Positions 1 to 9,180 of a DNA stretch of 64,000 nucleotides are shown piece by piece. Both the position numbers and the translations under genes were made by a program. A model generated the notes under the pieces. The model was not told the origin of the DNA. It ran no database searches and was given only the letters and a program-made list of their open reading frames with translations. The stretch covers positions 25,772 through 89,771 of the forward strand of contig DASSSZ010000001.1 in assembly GCA_035708165.1 (NCBI GenBank), written 5' to 3'. Source of the DNA: Minisyncoccota bacterium. GTDB taxonomy: Bacteria; Patescibacteriota; Minisyncoccia; Phycocordibacterales; UBA2100. Position 1 is the first letter of the stretch. Every line of letters starts with the position of its first letter.

Positions 1-809
1 ATGACACGCAGCGCGAGGATATCGTGGATCTGCGTGATGTCCCACTTCTTCCGCTCGAGCTTGCGGAAGAGGCTGTAGATGCCTTTCTTGCGGGTCTCCA
101 TCTTGAACTTCCGGATGCCGTTCTCGGCGAGCAGCTTCTTCATGTCCTTCTCGATCTTCCCGAGGCGCTTCTCGTTCTCGACGCTGCGCTCCTTCAGCAG
201 CTCGCGCACCTGCCGGTATTCCTCCGGGTACGCGAAGGGGAAGGCATTGTCCTCGAGCTCGCGCTTGATGGCGCTCATGCCGAGGCGATCGGCGATCGGC
301 GCGTAGATCTCGAGCGTCTCGAGCGCGATCCGCTGCTGCTTCTCCTTGGGGACGAAGGCGAGCGTGCGCGTATTGTGCAGCCGGTCCATGAGCTTGATGA
401 TGAGCACGCGCAGGTCCTGCGCAGTCGCGGCGAAGAGCTTGCGGAGGCTCTCGGCGTGCCGCTCGAGCCCGTGATAGCGGATCGTACCGAGCTTGGTCAC
501 GCCATCCACGAGCTGGAAGACCTCCTCGCCGAACTGCTCGCGGATCCCCTCCTCGGTCGCGCAGCCGTCCTCGATGGTGTCATGCAGGAGGCCGGCCGCG
601 ATCGTCGTCGCGTCCATGCCGATCACGGCGAGCAGGTACGCGACTTCGGAGACGTGAGTGAAGTACGGAGCGCCCGAGTAGCGCTGCTGCTCCTTATGGG
701 CATCCTCGGAGAACGCGTACGCGCGCGCGACGAGCTCGCGCCCCGCCGCATCGTCCGGGCGCATCTGCTCTTGGATCTCTTTGAGGGTTTTCCCATTGAC
801 AGACGCCAT
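1..809 (-). CDS. rel: RelA/SpoT-family (p)ppGpp synthetase/hydrolase, N-terminal HD hydrolase part (partial, continues beyond window start)
   Basis: Reverse-strand reading from ATG at 807-809 gives MASVNGKTLKEIQEQMRPDDAAGRELVARAYAFSEDAHKEQQRYSGAPYFTHVSEVAYLLAVIGMDATTIAAGLLHDTIEDG... (HD-domain signature). The ORF runs off the window edge so it is not in the ORF track. The listed + ORF 24..857 is its antisense shadow. Confidence 0.8.
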   Translation of the reverse strand, partial: MASVNGKTLKEIQEQMRPDDAAGRELVARAYAFSEDAHKEQQRYSGAPYFTHVSEVAYLLAVIGMDATTIAAGLLHDTIEDGCATEEGIREQFGEEVFQLVDGVTKLGTIRYHGLERHAESLRKLFAATAQDLRVLIIKLMDRLHNTRTLAFVPKEKQQRIALETLEIYAPIADRLGMSAIKRELEDNAFPFAYPEEYRQVRELLKERSVENEKRLGKIEKDMKKLLAENGIRKFKMETRKKGIYSLFRKLERKKWDITQIHDILALRV

Positions 810-1068
810 AGAATCCAATCATACTGCGCCGTGGTAAATGAGCAATCATGGAGATGACCATGTCAGGTACTCGGAAGCAGCCGCGGACCGATCCGAAGCC
901 GCAGACGTCGCGCAAGGAATGGCTTGCCTACTTCAGCAGCCTTTCGCAGCGAAGGCGACGTGAGGCACGGGACGCCGCTGCAGCCTGAACAAGCGATACG
1001 AACGAAGCCGGCAGCACTGCCGGCTTTTGCATATGGAGATGCCCGTCGCGCCCTCGATCGATTGCTCC

Positions 1069-3255
1069 TCACTTCGCTTTCCCAAGCTTATGCGGGTTGT
1101 GCATCGGGCATTCCTTGTTCGAGCAGCGTTCCGGAATGGTCTTCGTGCCTTCCATCATGAGCGAGCCGCAGAGCGTGCAGATATTGCCGGTCGGGCGCGC
1201 TTTCATGGTGAACTTGCAGTCAGGGTAGTTCGAGCATGCGTAGAAGGGGCCGAAGCGGCCATGCTTCTCCACGATCTCGCCCTTATTGCAGACGATGCAG
1301 GTCACGCCCGTGCCGTTCTGCGATTCATCGCGCTTCACGTACTTGCACTTGGGGTAATTAGAGCAGGCGATGAACATGCCGAAGCGGCCTTCGCGCTGGA
1401 TCAGCGGCTTGCCGCACTCGGGGCACGGCTCATCGAGCTCCTTCGGGGGCTCGATCACCGAGCCGTCCTCCTTGCGCGCGCCGGCGCACTCAGGGAAGCG
1501 CGCGCAGCTCATGAACCTGCCGTTCTTGCCGAGCTTCCAGACCATATCGCTGCCGCACTCGGGGCACTTGAATTCCGCGGGGACAGGCCCGAGGTTGGTG
1601 AGCTTCTCGATCCCGTCCTTCGACTTCACCTCCTTGTGGAACGGCTTCCAGAACTCGGCGAGCGTTTTCTCGTAGCCGCGCTTGCCCTCGGCGATCTCGT
1701 CGAGCTCATCCTCCATCTCGGAGGTGAACGAGTCGCTGATGTAGTCGCCGAAGTACTTCTCGACGAAGCTCGAGACGACGTCGCCCATGTCCGTGGGGAT
1801 GAGCGTGCGGCCTTCCTTCGTGACGTACCCGCGGTCGGCGAGCGTCTTCATGATGGACGCGTACGTGGACGGACGGCCGATGCCGCGCTTCTCGAGCTCT
1901 TTCACCAGGCCGGCTTCGGAGTAGCGGGAAGGCGGCTGTGTTTGCTTCGCCTCGCTTGCGGCGGAGATGAGCGTGAGGGGATCGTTCGCAGCGACCTTCG
2001 GGAGCTCGACTTCCTCGCCGCGCGCCGCCGGGTCGGCCGCGAGCCAGCCGTCGAAGATGATGCGCGAGCCGTTCGCTGTGAACGCCGGGATGGCCGCATC
2101 CTCGACGCGCGCGACGATCTTCGTGCGCATGACCTTCGCATCAGCCATCTGGCTCGCGAGCGTGCGGGCGCGGATGAGGCGATAGAGCTTCTTCTGCTCC
2201 TCGGTGGTCCCGGCGACGGCCTTGCGCGCGTCCGTGGGGCGGATCGCCTCGTGCGCTTCCTGCGCGGACTTGCTGCGCGTCTTATGCTGGCGCGGGGCGG
2301 CGTAGGCATCGCCGAACTCCGACGCGATCACGCCGGTGATCTGCTGCTGTGCCTGCGAGGAGAGCGTGGTCGAGTCCGTGCGCATGTAGGTGATGTGCCC
2401 GGCTTCGTAGAGCTTCTGCGCGATGCGCATCGTATTGGATGGCGAGTAGCCGAGGCGCGTCGAGGCGGCCTGCTGGAGGGTTGAGGTGGTGAACGGCGCG
2501 CGAGCGGCGCGCTTCTGCTCGCTTTCCTCGAGCGCTTCCACGTGCCACGCCTGCGACTGCGCCGCAGCGAGGATCTTCTCCGCCTCAACGGCGCTGCGCG
2601 GCTCATCGGTGCAGGTGGTGTTGATCGTGCTGCCGTCCTTCGTTCTGAGATCGGCCGTGATGACCCAGTAATCCTCCGGCACGAACGCGCGGATCTCGCG
2701 CTCGCGCTCCATGAGGATACGCAGCGCCGGGGACTGTACGCGGCCGGCAGAGAGCCCGTAGCGGACCTTCTTCCAGATGAGGCCCGAGAGGTCGTAGCCG
2801 AAGAGGCGGTCGAGGACGCGGCGCGCCTCCTGCGCATGGCGCAGGTTCTCGTCGATCGTGCGCGGATGCTTGAGCGCTTCCTGGATCGCGGACTCCGTGA
2901 TCTCATGGAACGCGATGCGCTTCGGGTGCTTCAGAGCGAGCGCCTGCGAGAGGTGCCAGGCGATCGCCTCTCCCTCGCGGTCGGGGTCCGTCGCGAGGAT
3001 CACCTCCTTCGAATCATGCGCGAGCTCCGCGAGGTCGTGCACGACCTTCTCCTTTCCTTTCACGATCTGGTAGTGCGGCACGAAGCCGCCCTCGATATCG
3101 ACGGCGTCCTTATTGCTCTTCGGCAAGTCGCGGACGTGACCCACCGACGCCCGGACGATGTAGCCATCGCCGAGGTACTTCTCGATGGTCTTCGCCTTCG
3201 CGGGCGACTCCACGATGACCAGCGTCTCCTTTGTATTCTTCGAAGCCATGCTCAT
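1069..3255 (-). CDS. topA: DNA topoisomerase I with C-terminal zinc-ribbon repeats
   Basis: 728-aa ORF with Toprim N-terminus (LVIVESPAKAKTIEKYLG...), catalytic core, and four C-terminal CxxC...CxxC zinc ribbons. Confidence 0.95.
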   Translation of the reverse strand: MSMASKNTKETLVIVESPAKAKTIEKYLGDGYIVRASVGHVRDLPKSNKDAVDIEGGFVPHYQIVKGKEKVVHDLAELAHDSKEVILATDPDREGEAIAWHLSQALALKHPKRIAFHEITESAIQEALKHPRTIDENLRHAQEARRVLDRLFGYDLSGLIWKKVRYGLSAGRVQSPALRILMEREREIRAFVPEDYWVITADLRTKDGSTINTTCTDEPRSAVEAEKILAAAQSQAWHVEALEESEQKRAARAPFTTSTLQQAASTRLGYSPSNTMRIAQKLYEAGHITYMRTDSTTLSSQAQQQITGVIASEFGDAYAAPRQHKTRSKSAQEAHEAIRPTDARKAVAGTTEEQKKLYRLIRARTLASQMADAKVMRTKIVARVEDAAIPAFTANGSRIIFDGWLAADPAARGEEVELPKVAANDPLTLISAASEAKQTQPPSRYSEAGLVKELEKRGIGRPSTYASIMKTLADRGYVTKEGRTLIPTDMGDVVSSFVEKYFGDYISDSFTSEMEDELDEIAEGKRGYEKTLAEFWKPFHKEVKSKDGIEKLTNLGPVPAEFKCPECGSDMVWKLGKNGRFMSCARFPECAGARKEDGSVIEPPKELDEPCPECGKPLIQREGRFGMFIACSNYPKCKYVKRDESQNGTGVTCIVCNKGEIVEKHGRFGPFYACSNYPDCKFTMKARPTGNICTLCGSLMMEGTKTIPERCSNKECPMHNPHKLGKAK

Positions 3256-3361
3256 CTATTATGTGCGCCTGGGGCGTACGAATCCCTTAGATACTACAGG
3301 AGTGCCAGGGAATGCAAGCATGACGCTGCTGTGCATAGGATGAAAAGAGGGAAGAATCGGC

Positions 3362-4225
3362 TCAGCGCAAGGCTCGGATCATGCCGGCGTCTTCGGCGAG
3401 CAGGCCTGCGAGCTCGAGGCGCGAGAGGAGCGCGCCGGCATCTGCGGCGCTCATGCCGAGCGCGCGTATGAGCTCGTCGCGCGGGAGGGGCTCGCGCAGG
3501 ATCGCGAGCACGCGCGCCTCGGACGGGTCGAGCCCTTCGGCATGCGCGAGCGGGATCGCCGGCTGCGCATCGATCCCGAGCGCGTCGAGGATATCGGCGG
3601 CGCTGCCGATCGGCGTCGCGCCGTGCCGCAGGTAGCGGTGCACGCCCTTGCTGGTCTCGCTGAAGATGGATCCGGGCACGGCCAGGACGTCGCGGTTGTA
3701 ATCAGCGGCCAGCCGCGCCGTCACGAGCGTGCCGCTCTTCTCGGCGGCCTCGATGATGAGCGTGGCATGGGCGATCCCTGCCATGAGGCGGTTGCGCCTG
3801 AGGAAGCTCCACTTCTGCGCGCGGAAGCCCGGCTCGTACTCGGAAAGGTGCGCGCCGCCCGCCGCGATGATGCGGCGTGCGAGCGAGACGTTCGTGCGCG
3901 GATAGAGCACGCGCCACTCGAGGCCCGAGCCGGGGATCGCGACGGTCGGGATCCCTGCGCGGAGGGCCGCTTCATGCGCGAGCGCGTCGATCCCGAGGGC
4001 TAGCCCGCTCACGATCACGACGGGTGCGCCGGCGAGCCCCGCGATGAGGTGCTCCACGGCCTGCTTGCCGTATGGCGTGTAGGCGCGCGTCCCGACGACG
4101 GTGAGCCATGCGCGCTCGGGCGAGGGGAGGCTACCGCGCAGCCAGAGCCGCGCAGGCGGCTCTGGAATCTCGGCGAGCAGCGGAGGGAACGCATCGGGGC
4201 CGAGCTCCCGGATGTCGTCATCCAT
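3362..4225 (-). CDS. dprA: DNA processing protein DprA/Smf
   Basis: C-terminal 287 aa of the 854-aa track ORF (MDDDIRELGP...VVGTRAYTPYGKQAVEHL...GIDALAHEAALRAGIPTVAIPGSGLE...) is a DprA Rossmann domain. Start codon placed by frame arithmetic on the ORF track. The rest of the long ORF is antisense to serS. dprA upstream of topA is a common synteny. Confidence 0.85.
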   Translation of the reverse strand: MDDDIRELGPDAFPPLLAEIPEPPARLWLRGSLPSPERAWLTVVGTRAYTPYGKQAVEHLIAGLAGAPVVIVSGLALGIDALAHEAALRAGIPTVAIPGSGLEWRVLYPRTNVSLARRIIAAGGAHLSEYEPGFRAQKWSFLRRNRLMAGIAHATLIIEAAEKSGTLVTARLAADYNRDVLAVPGSIFSETSKGVHRYLRHGATPIGSAADILDALGIDAQPAIPLAHAEGLDPSEARVLAILREPLPRDELIRALGMSAADAGALLSRLELAGLLAEDAGMIRALR

Positions 4226-4303
4226 ACGTAGAGGGTAGCACGCTTGCGCGAGCCGTCCTTGTTGCGTATCGTGACGCCAGCAAGAACGACAGAGGAGACC
4301 CGC

Positions 4304-4498
4304 ATGGCATACGACGTCTTCGGCGATCGGGAGCGCGCCGTCTTCCTGCTCACTCCGTACCTGCTGCATATCATCGCGGCAGTGCACCTCGCCGGCTTCG
4401 ATTCCGCACAGGGGATCGATACCCGAGCGCCCCGCGGCGGCTCGCTTGCGCACGCGCGCTGGAAGCGGCGCCGTTCGTGCGGCAAGGCACGCAGGTGA
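4304..4498 (+). CDS. small hypothetical protein (64 aa)
   Basis: ATG preceded by GAGGAG 6 nt upstream; followed immediately by a strong stem-loop plus T-tract; sits in the dprA/serS divergent intergenic region. Confidence 0.35.
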   Translation: MAYDVFGDRERAVFLLTPYLLHIIAAVHLAGFDSAQGIDTRAPRGGSLAHARWKRRRSCGKARR

Positions 4499-4501
4499 CA
4501 C

Positions 4502-4531
4502 GAGCCGGCCCCTCGGGCCGGCTCGTCTTTT
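4502..4531 (+). terminator. intrinsic terminator (10-bp GC stem GAGCCGGCCC/GGGCCGGCTC plus GTCTTTT)
   Basis: perfect inverted repeat followed by T-run directly after the 4304..4498 ORF stop. Confidence 0.6.
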
Positions 4532-4558
4532 CATGAAGAGAGGGTATAATCGGGTGCA

Positions 4559-5824
4559 ATGCTCGACATCAAATTCATCCGCGAGAATAAGGATATTGTC
4601 GCGGCGGGCGCGAAGAAGAAGCATGTCGAGGTTGACCTCGACCGCCTGCTCGCGCTCGATGACGAGCGCCGCGAGCTCCTCGCGTCTATCGAGGCGAAGC
4701 GCGCGCTCCAGAACGAGGCGTCGCAGAAGATCGGAGCGGAGCAGGATGCGGCACGGAAGCAGGAGATCATCGCGTCCGTCGCAGGCATCAAGGATGAGCT
4801 GAAGCAGAAGGAGGATGCGCTCAAGAACGTCATGGACGAATGGCGCGGGCTCATGGTGCAGGTGCCGAACGTCCCGGATATCTCCGTGCCGGACGGCGAT
4901 AGCGATGCGGATAACCGCGAGGTGAAAGTCTGGGGCGAGAAGACCGCGTTCAGCTTCGAGCCGAAGAGCCATATCGACCTGATGCTCAAGCACGACATGG
5001 CCGACTTCGAGCGCGGCAGCAAGGTCGCCGGCTTCCGCGGCTACTTCCTCAAGAACGACGGCGCGCGCCTCTCGTGGGCGATCTGGCGCTACGCCGAGCA
5101 ATTCTTCCTCGGCAAGGAGTTCACGCCCATGATCGTGCCGTCCTTGGTGCGCCGCGAAGCGTTCATCGGGACCGGCTACCTCCCGCAGTCCGAAGAGGAT
5201 CTCTATAAGACGCAGGATGGCGATTTCCTCTCCGGTACGGCCGAAGTCGCCACTATGGCGTACTACATGGACGAGACGCTCGAGAAGGCGCAGCTGCCGA
5301 CCAAGTTCCTCTCGTTCAGCCCGTGCTTCAGGCGCGAGGCGGGCGCGCACGGCAAGGACACGCGCGGCCTGATCCGCGTGCACGAATTCTTCAAATGGGA
5401 GCAGGTGATCCTGTGCGAAGCGTCCCACGAGGAGTCTGCCAAATGGCACGAGTGGCTCAATCGCAATACCGAGGAGTTCATCGAGTCGCTCGGCATCCCG
5501 TACCACACCGTTGCGAACTGCGGGGGAGACTTGGGGCTCGGCCAGGTGAAGAAGTACGACATCGAGCTGTGGGTGCCAGGCGAGCAGACGTATCGCGAGA
5601 TCAGCTCGGCCTCGTATTTCCATGATTTCCAGACGCGCCGCCTCAACCTTCGCTACAAGGATGACGACGGGACGCTCAAGTTCGCTCACTCGCTCAATTC
5701 GACCGCGACGCCGACGCCGCGCATCCTCGTCTCGCTCATCGAGAATTTCCAGGAGGCTGATGGCAGCATCCGCATCCCGGAGGCCCTGCGCCCCCTGATG
5801 GGGAAAGACGTGATCGGGAAGTAG
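4559..5824 (+). CDS. serS: seryl-tRNA synthetase
   Basis: 421 aa; N-terminal coiled-coil arm plus class II core (FRREAGAHGKDTRGLIRVHEFFKWEQ); TATAAT 11 nt upstream of ATG. Confidence 0.95.
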   Translation: MLDIKFIRENKDIVAAGAKKKHVEVDLDRLLALDDERRELLASIEAKRALQNEASQKIGAEQDAARKQEIIASVAGIKDELKQKEDALKNVMDEWRGLMVQVPNVPDISVPDGDSDADNREVKVWGEKTAFSFEPKSHIDLMLKHDMADFERGSKVAGFRGYFLKNDGARLSWAIWRYAEQFFLGKEFTPMIVPSLVRREAFIGTGYLPQSEEDLYKTQDGDFLSGTAEVATMAYYMDETLEKAQLPTKFLSFSPCFRREAGAHGKDTRGLIRVHEFFKWEQVILCEASHEESAKWHEWLNRNTEEFIESLGIPYHTVANCGGDLGLGQVKKYDIELWVPGEQTYREISSASYFHDFQTRRLNLRYKDDDGTLKFAHSLNSTATPTPRILVSLIENFQEADGSIRIPEALRPLMGKDVIGK

Positions 5825-5825
5825 T

Positions 5826-6716
5826 ATGCCGAACCGCGTACGCGTGCGTCGGAGTGCGCCGAGGCGGCCGCTCGCCGAGCATGGCCGCGTGCGGCTCGCG
5901 CAGCGCCGCAAGCGCATCCGGATCATCCTTTCCTGCGTTGCCGGCGTGCTCGTACTGGCGCTCCTGTGCGGCGCCGCCTACGCCACGCACCTGCCCGCAT
6001 TCACTATCGGCGCGATCGAGGTCACGGGCGCGCACGAGATCGCGCCGTCGCTCATCCAGAAATTCGTCGCGCAGGATCTCGATGACGGCCATCTGCACCT
6101 GCTCGACCCGACGGATGAATTTCTCTATCCGAAGGACCGGATCGAAGCGGACATGCTCGCGGAATTCCCGCGGCTCGCGACGGTCACGCTCTCCACGGCG
6201 CCGCTCCTGCACCCGACGCTCACCGTGCACGTGACCGAACGGCAGGCTGTGGGCCTCTGGTGCGAAGGCGGCCTCGGCGCAAGCGTCTCTACGAGCACGC
6301 AGCCGGCACCGTGCTACTACCTGGATGGCACCGGCGATATCTACGCCGCCGCCGATGAGTACGCGGAGTACGTCATCTACGAAGGCGGTTCGCCGGCATC
6401 CGCGACAGGGACGCCGGTCGCGAGCAGATACCTGCCCGGGATATTCCCGGGCATCGGGGAGCTCGTGGATGCGCTCAGCCATGCCGGCTACGACGTGCGC
6501 ATCCTCGACGCAGAGAGCTCGACGGACTACGCGGTCCTGCTCGCCAACGGGCTTCTGGTGAAGGCGACGTTCGCGCAGGATCCGCTCGATGTCGTCGCTG
6601 ATCTCGAAGCGGCGCTCTCGGCTCAATCGATCGCAGGCAGGGAGGACGAGCTGCAGTACCTCGATCTGCGATTCCCGGGACGCGCATACTACCGGTTCAA
6701 AGGGGACGCGCAGTAG
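5826..6716 (+). CDS. FtsQ/DivIB-like cell division protein (N-terminal TM anchor plus POTRA domain)
   Basis: basic N-terminus, single TM helix (IILSCVAGVLVLALLCGAAYA), POTRA-like segment (FTIGAIEVTGAHEIAPSLIQKFV...); start overlaps serS stop. Confidence 0.55.
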   Translation: MPNRVRVRRSAPRRPLAEHGRVRLAQRRKRIRIILSCVAGVLVLALLCGAAYATHLPAFTIGAIEVTGAHEIAPSLIQKFVAQDLDDGHLHLLDPTDEFLYPKDRIEADMLAEFPRLATVTLSTAPLLHPTLTVHVTERQAVGLWCEGGLGASVSTSTQPAPCYYLDGTGDIYAAADEYAEYVIYEGGSPASATGTPVASRYLPGIFPGIGELVDALSHAGYDVRILDAESSTDYAVLLANGLLVKATFAQDPLDVVADLEAALSAQSIAGREDELQYLDLRFPGRAYYRFKGDAQ

Positions 6717-6768
6717 GCGAAGGATCGCGGTGCGCGGCTGCTTCTGCGGGGAGCAAGAGAGCGGGATG

Positions 6769-6951
6769 CTAGCGCATCCCGCTCGGGTCGTATGGCGGCC
6801 GGCCCCTGAGCCGCCCCACCAATCCTCTGAAGAAATTCCAGAACTGCGAATCCGCTTTCGGATCATTCATCCACGCGTAGCGCTCGCGCGCATGGCGATC
6901 TACTTCGTCGAAGAATTGCCGATACGGGTCGTTCCTCTCGCGCGAAGGCAT
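6769..6951 (-). CDS. small hypothetical protein (60 aa)
   Basis: MPSRERNDPYRQFFDEVDRHARERYAWMNDPKADSQFWNFFRGLVGRL...; AAGGAG about 10 nt upstream on the minus strand; lies between the ftsQ-like gene and dus. Confidence 0.25.
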   Translation of the reverse strand: MPSRERNDPYRQFFDEVDRHARERYAWMNDPKADSQFWNFFRGLVGRLRGRPPYDPSGMR

Positions 6952-6970
6952 CTCTCCGATCTCCTTTCTG

Positions 6971-6998
6971 TTGACAGTACACGCCCGCCCGGTAGAGT
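6971..6998 (+). promoter_or_regulatory. sigma-70-type promoter: TTGACA, 16-nt spacer, TAGAGT, 8 nt before the dus ATG (leaderless)
   Basis: canonical -35 hexamer at 6971-6976 and -10-like TAGAGT at 6993-6998, with ATG at 7007. Confidence 0.45.
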
Positions 6999-7006
6999 TG
7001 TCAAAC

Positions 7007-8128
7007 ATGGCTGCCGATACGTCATTCTGGGATACGCTGCCGCGTCCGTACTTCTCGCTCGCTCCGATGGAGGATGTCACCGATGCCGCATTCCGGCATA
7101 TCATCGCGAGCAAAGGAAAGCCGGACGTCTTCTTCACCGAGTTCACCTCGGCGGATGGCTTGGTGCTCGCGCCGCCGGAAGGCCACGCGCGGCTCGCGCG
7201 CAAGCTCATCTTCGGCGCGGATGAACACCGGATCGTCGCGCAGCTCTTCACGGCGGTGCCCGCGCACATGGAAGAGGCTGCCGCAATGTGCCGCGAGCTC
7301 GGCTTCGACGGCATCGATATCAACATGGGCTGCCCTGACAAGGCGATCGAGAAGACCGGCTGCGGCTCGGCGATGATACGGACGCCTGCGCTCGCGAAGG
7401 AGATCATCCGCGCGGCCAAGCGAGGGGCCAAGGATATCCCGGTCTCCGCGAAGACACGCATCGGCTATCGCGAGAACGAGCTCCCGTCATGGCTACCTGC
7501 GCTCCTCGAGGAGGAGCCGGCGAACGTCACGATCCATGCGCGGACCCGCGCGCAGATGTCGAAGGTGCCTGCGCAGTGGGAGCGGATCGCCGAAGCGGTC
7601 GCGATCCGCGACCGGATGGGCAGCCGCGTCCCGATCGCGGGCAACGGCGATGTCGCTGATCTTGCAGACGCGCGCGCGAAGGCTGCGGCAGCCGGATGCG
7701 ACGGGGTGATGCTGGGTCGCGCCATCTTCGGCAATCCGTGGCTCTTCTACGGCCTTCAGGAGCGGCGTGCCGCTTCGTCGCAGCGCGATGCCCCGGCCGG
7801 AGACGCACCGGAGCGTGCGGCGGAAGGCATCGCGCCGGCTGCGCTTCGCACCGCGTCCCTTCCTGAAGGCCTCGGCACGCATCCCGACCTGCTATGGGAT
7901 CCGTACGTCCCGAGCGCGCGCGAGCGCATCGAGGCCCTGATCGCGCATATCGAGGCGTTCGACCGGCTGCTCACGGGCTATACCTCCTTCGCCGTGATGA
8001 AGAAGCATTTCAAGGCGTATATCAATGGATGGGATCACGCGAGCGACCTGCGCGCGCGGCTGATGGAGACGACGGCCCCCGCTGAGGCGATCGCCATCCT
8101 CACGGATGCGCTCGACAGCGTCCGCTAG
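7007..8128 (+). CDS. dus: tRNA-dihydrouridine synthase (Dus family, TIM barrel)
   Basis: MAADTSFWDTLPRPYFSLAPMEDVTDAAFRHI...FDGIDINMGCP... Dus signatures. The track ORF begins at a TTG at 6971 that coincides with the -35 box, so the ATG at 7007 is preferred. Confidence 0.85.
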   Translation: MAADTSFWDTLPRPYFSLAPMEDVTDAAFRHIIASKGKPDVFFTEFTSADGLVLAPPEGHARLARKLIFGADEHRIVAQLFTAVPAHMEEAAAMCRELGFDGIDINMGCPDKAIEKTGCGSAMIRTPALAKEIIRAAKRGAKDIPVSAKTRIGYRENELPSWLPALLEEEPANVTIHARTRAQMSKVPAQWERIAEAVAIRDRMGSRVPIAGNGDVADLADARAKAAAAGCDGVMLGRAIFGNPWLFYGLQERRAASSQRDAPAGDAPERAAEGIAPAALRTASLPEGLGTHPDLLWDPYVPSARERIEALIAHIEAFDRLLTGYTSFAVMKKHFKAYINGWDHASDLRARLMETTAPAEAIAILTDALDSVR

Positions 8129-8170
8129 GCGAGTACACTGGGGACCGGCCATAACGAACGAGGTCTGAGA

Positions 8171-8368
8171 GTGCCTGATTCGCGAATTTCCGCGCCATTC
8201 TTCCTGTGCGATCGCTTCAAGGAGAATCCGCCCTTCGGCGTCATCGAGCCTGCAGGCGCGCCAGTGCATGCAAGCGCCGCTGCGACGAACGGCTCGCGCC
8301 ATCTCATGAAGCGCCGACCGAAGCCGCCCAAGCATCCGACGCATATCCGGTACGGGATGCCGTACTGA
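8171..8368 (+). CDS. small hypothetical protein (GTG start, 65 aa)
   Basis: ORF followed about 20 nt later by a GC-rich hairpin (GCGCGCGGCC...GGCCGCGCG); weak support only. Confidence 0.2.
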   Translation: MPDSRISAPFFLCDRFKENPPFGVIEPAGAPVHASAAATNGSRHLMKRRPKPPKHPTHIRYGMPY

Positions 8369-8476
8369 CCGTTCCTGTCCTTTCCTGCGCGCGGCCTATG
8401 AGCCGCGCGTTTCATATGGACAGGGGGCGGGAGCTGCGCGTAGACTTATCGGCAGTCAGTTCCATAGGAGATCCTG

Positions 8477-9079
8477 ATGACGTGCGAGCAGGTGCCGCTC
8501 GACCAGCTGCGGCACTTCGTGCGGCAGAGCAATGCCATCGAGGGCTACGGCGCTCTCGGCTTCTTCCTCGCGGAACGCTTCCGCGACCCGGCAGTCGAGG
8601 CGCGCTACTTCGACGGGCATATGGCGGCGGCGCGCATGGTCGCCGCCGATCCGAGGAGCGCGCTTCGCGATCCACGGATCATTCACCGCATCCTCTATCG
8701 CGAACTCGGAAAGAAGGCAGGGACCTATCGCACGACCGAGCTCATGCGCGTCGGGGAGCGGATCATGCCGCACCCGCAGCATGTCGCTGCGCTCATGGAG
8801 CAGTGGGTGTGCGCAGCAACGGCGCCGTGCCCGTGCGCGTCCGATCCTGCCGAGGCTGCGGGCTACGCGCTGATGCTGCACAATGCGTTTCTGTGCATCC
8901 ACCCGTTCGTAGACGGCAACGGGCGCACGGCGCGGCTCCTCCTCAATGCGCTGCGACTCACCTACGGCGCCCCCTGGATCACGATCTATGCCGGGAACGA
9001 GGCATATTACGCACAGCTCGAGCGCTTCGAGGATGAGGTCTTCCGTCCGCAGTATGCGGATACGTATCCGAGCGAATAG
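8477..9079 (+). CDS. Fic/DOC family protein, class II (internal inhibitory helix)
   Basis: Fic motif HPFVDGNGRTARLL; N-terminal SNAIEG matches the [ST]xxIE[GN] auto-inhibitory motif; AGGAG RBS. Confidence 0.85.
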   Translation: MTCEQVPLDQLRHFVRQSNAIEGYGALGFFLAERFRDPAVEARYFDGHMAAARMVAADPRSALRDPRIIHRILYRELGKKAGTYRTTELMRVGERIMPHPQHVAALMEQWVCAATAPCPCASDPAEAAGYALMLHNAFLCIHPFVDGNGRTARLLLNALRLTYGAPWITIYAGNEAYYAQLERFEDEVFRPQYADTYPSE

Positions 9080-9080
9080 T

Positions 9081-9110
9081 GCGCGGCCCACGGGCCGCGC
9101 ATGTGTTGTT
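9081..9110 (+). terminator. intrinsic terminator after fic (GCGCGGCCC/GGGCCGCGC stem plus T-rich tail)
   Basis: 9-bp GC stem followed by ATGTGTTGTT. Confidence 0.5.
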
Positions 9111-9180
9111 ATCCCTGCTGTCCTCTGGACGCGCAGCTGCAGGGAGCTATCATGGACGCAGCGAGCGATAGGGGGAATGA

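Noticed and set aside
24-857. 277-aa + strand ORF at the window start
   Set aside because: It is the antisense shadow of the minus-strand rel/spoT HD-domain gene. Its Leu/Asp/Glu-rich translation has no motifs, whereas the reverse strand gives a clean HD-domain protein.
1027-2484. 485-aa + ORF overlapping topA
   Set aside because: Antisense to the unmistakable topoisomerase I gene; a typical high-GC shadow ORF.
4141-4441. Apparent one-base mismatches between the displayed sequence and the ORF track at line boundaries (also near 15661 and 19501)
   Set aside because: Not biology. Translating the displayed text across these boundaries breaks frames that the ORF track reads through cleanly, so I treated them as display artefacts. 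Coordinates were anchored to the ORF-track frames. Features without a track-verified anchor (mainly terminators) may be off by one.
4226-5926. N-terminal 567 aa of the 854-aa minus-strand ORF 3362..5926
   Set aside because: Only the C-terminal 287 aa (DprA) is a real gene. The upstream part is antisense to serS and the small 4304..4498 gene.
8206-9036. 276-aa + ORF overlapping fic in another frame
   Set aside because: Arg/Ala-rich low-complexity translation; the fic frame has the diagnostic Fic motif.
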